The notes beneath the pieces were generated by a model. That model was not told where the DNA came from and made no database searches. It saw only the letters and a program-made list of their open reading frames with translations. A DNA stretch of 64,000 nt, taken from assembly GCF_018350175.1 (NCBI RefSeq), contig NC_058382.1, positions 57,786,001 through 57,850,000 on the forward strand. Reading direction: 5' to 3'. Within the stretch, counting starts at the first letter, position 1, and each line of letters opens with the position of its first letter. The position numbers and the translations under genes are program-made. Source of the stretch: Felis catus (lineage: Eukaryota). This document shows, one piece after another, positions 62,589 through 64,000 of this stretch.

Positions 62589-62799
62589 TAAATAGACTCT
62601 TAAAATATTGTTAAACACGTTTCAACATTACAGAGGATTTCAAAAGACCACGAATGACCTCTAGAACACACGGCCGCATAACACATTGACCAATTCCAGA
62701 TTTCTCCATGTTGAAGAGCAGGCTCGGGATGTGTCAAGAGATTTAGCCAGAGGGAGGCAGGTGTTTGTATAGGGAAATGAAGAAAGTATTAACACAGGC

Positions 62800-62801
<2 letters not shown>

Positions 62802-62892
<91 letters not shown>
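62802..62892. repeat. Compound microsatellite (TG)16 followed by about 29 (AG) units
   Basis: Read directly; one GG interruption in the AG run. Confidence 0.97.
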
Positions 62893-62898
<6 letters not shown>

Positions 62899-64000
62899 GG
62901 AGGGGGAGGGGGAGGAAACTTGTGCCAGGTTGCTTGTGACCAACGGCGGTGTCCCCTCTGCACGCGGCCATTGGAGAGCTGTGTGGGCAGCCCTGACCAG
63001 CTCCACATTGCAGAGCGCCGTGACCGCCAGCCAGGTGAACCGCGTCCAGGAGGATTTGCCTAGAGCCCTTTCTCCCGGAGACACAGATGTCCAGCGTGCG
63101 TGTTTCTTCTTTGGGCCAACGGGAGCGAAGCCCCAAGCCCGAAGGCAGCGGGCGTTTGTTCAGGTCATCCCTCCCCTCCCCCGGCTTCTTCGGAGAGGGG
63201 CCAAGTCCCAGATCTCTTAGGGAGCCCGTCCCGATCCAGTGATTAAGTGTGGCTCTCTCCGTGCCGGGGGTCGGAGCCGCACGAATTTATGTTGCCAGAT
63301 TATCCAAAACGATGGGAGGCCGTGTCCGGCTATATCCAAATTGAATCCAGCTGTCCCCAGATTGTCAGCCGTGTCCTTTTATTAAAGAAGCACAGCTGCT
63401 CACCAAGGGAGGGGTGTGCTTTGCAGTAAATTCTGACATTTGGTTATATTGGAACCAACTCAGTGAATCGGTAGTGAAACTTCACGGGAGACACCTGTCC
63501 CCGAACTCCTCCTTGTCGCCTTAAATGAGAGTGCTCACCGGTTCACAGAGGAGGTGCCTGGGACCAAGGAGACGGTAGCAAAGTGCAAAATGTCCGTCCG
63601 GATGCTCGTGGGAGGTGACTTTGGTGTCGGGACTCAGGGCCACTCGTGAGGAACTGCGAGATTTAGCATCCTGGACTGTGGAGGGGCCTTTGGTGGGCAA
63701 TCCGAGTGCTCCCTCGCTGCCTCCCTGATCCCCCCTGGGGGGGGCTAATGGAACTCCTGGATACTTGGTTGTTTGGGGCAGTGTGGTGAAATGGAACCGG
63801 TTCTGGAGCCTTCTGCAAGCTCCACGAGGCCGGACATTTGTCTCTTCCACGGCTCTTCCCCACACACAACACAGCGCCTGGCCCGTCACAGTGGATCGAA
63901 TTCGACACGGCCGAGTCACGGTTTCGTGGGGAGGTCTTTGTGGAGAACTAAAGCCGTCTCACCCTCTCACCGCACTGGGGAACCAGCAGACGGTCCCTCA

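Noticed and set aside
40420..64000. KIAA0513 coding exons
   Set aside because: No ORF resembles the recalled N-terminus; the coding region probably lies beyond the window.

Overview
Mammalian genomic DNA, very likely a felid: it carries many tRNA-derived carnivore SINEs of the SINEC_Fc type and a young L1 3' end. The minus strand holds a complete ZDHHC7 palmitoyltransferase gene: CpG-island promoter near 30.8 kb, two non-coding exons, six coding exons giving 927 nt (308 aa plus stop), and a 3' UTR of about 2.1 kb with two AATAAA signals. A second CpG island at about 39.0-40.4 kb starts a plus-strand gene. By recalled synteny with human 16q24.1 this is probably KIAA0513; no coding exon of it was recognised, so the rest of the window is likely its first intron. 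Most remaining sequence is SINE, L1, L2, MIR, MLT1, MER and Tigger remnants. The most notable structures are: a chain of four uORFs in the ZDHHC7 leader, a ~240-bp near-perfect non-repeat inverted duplication, a 1.75-kb G-rich minisatellite with a 695-bp higher-order period filling the intron that splits the DHHC domain, two SINEs sharing a triplicated target site, and tandem miR-148/152 8mer sites. I found no evidence for a wholly new multi-gene system. Repeat family names and human comparisons are from memory, not from a search.
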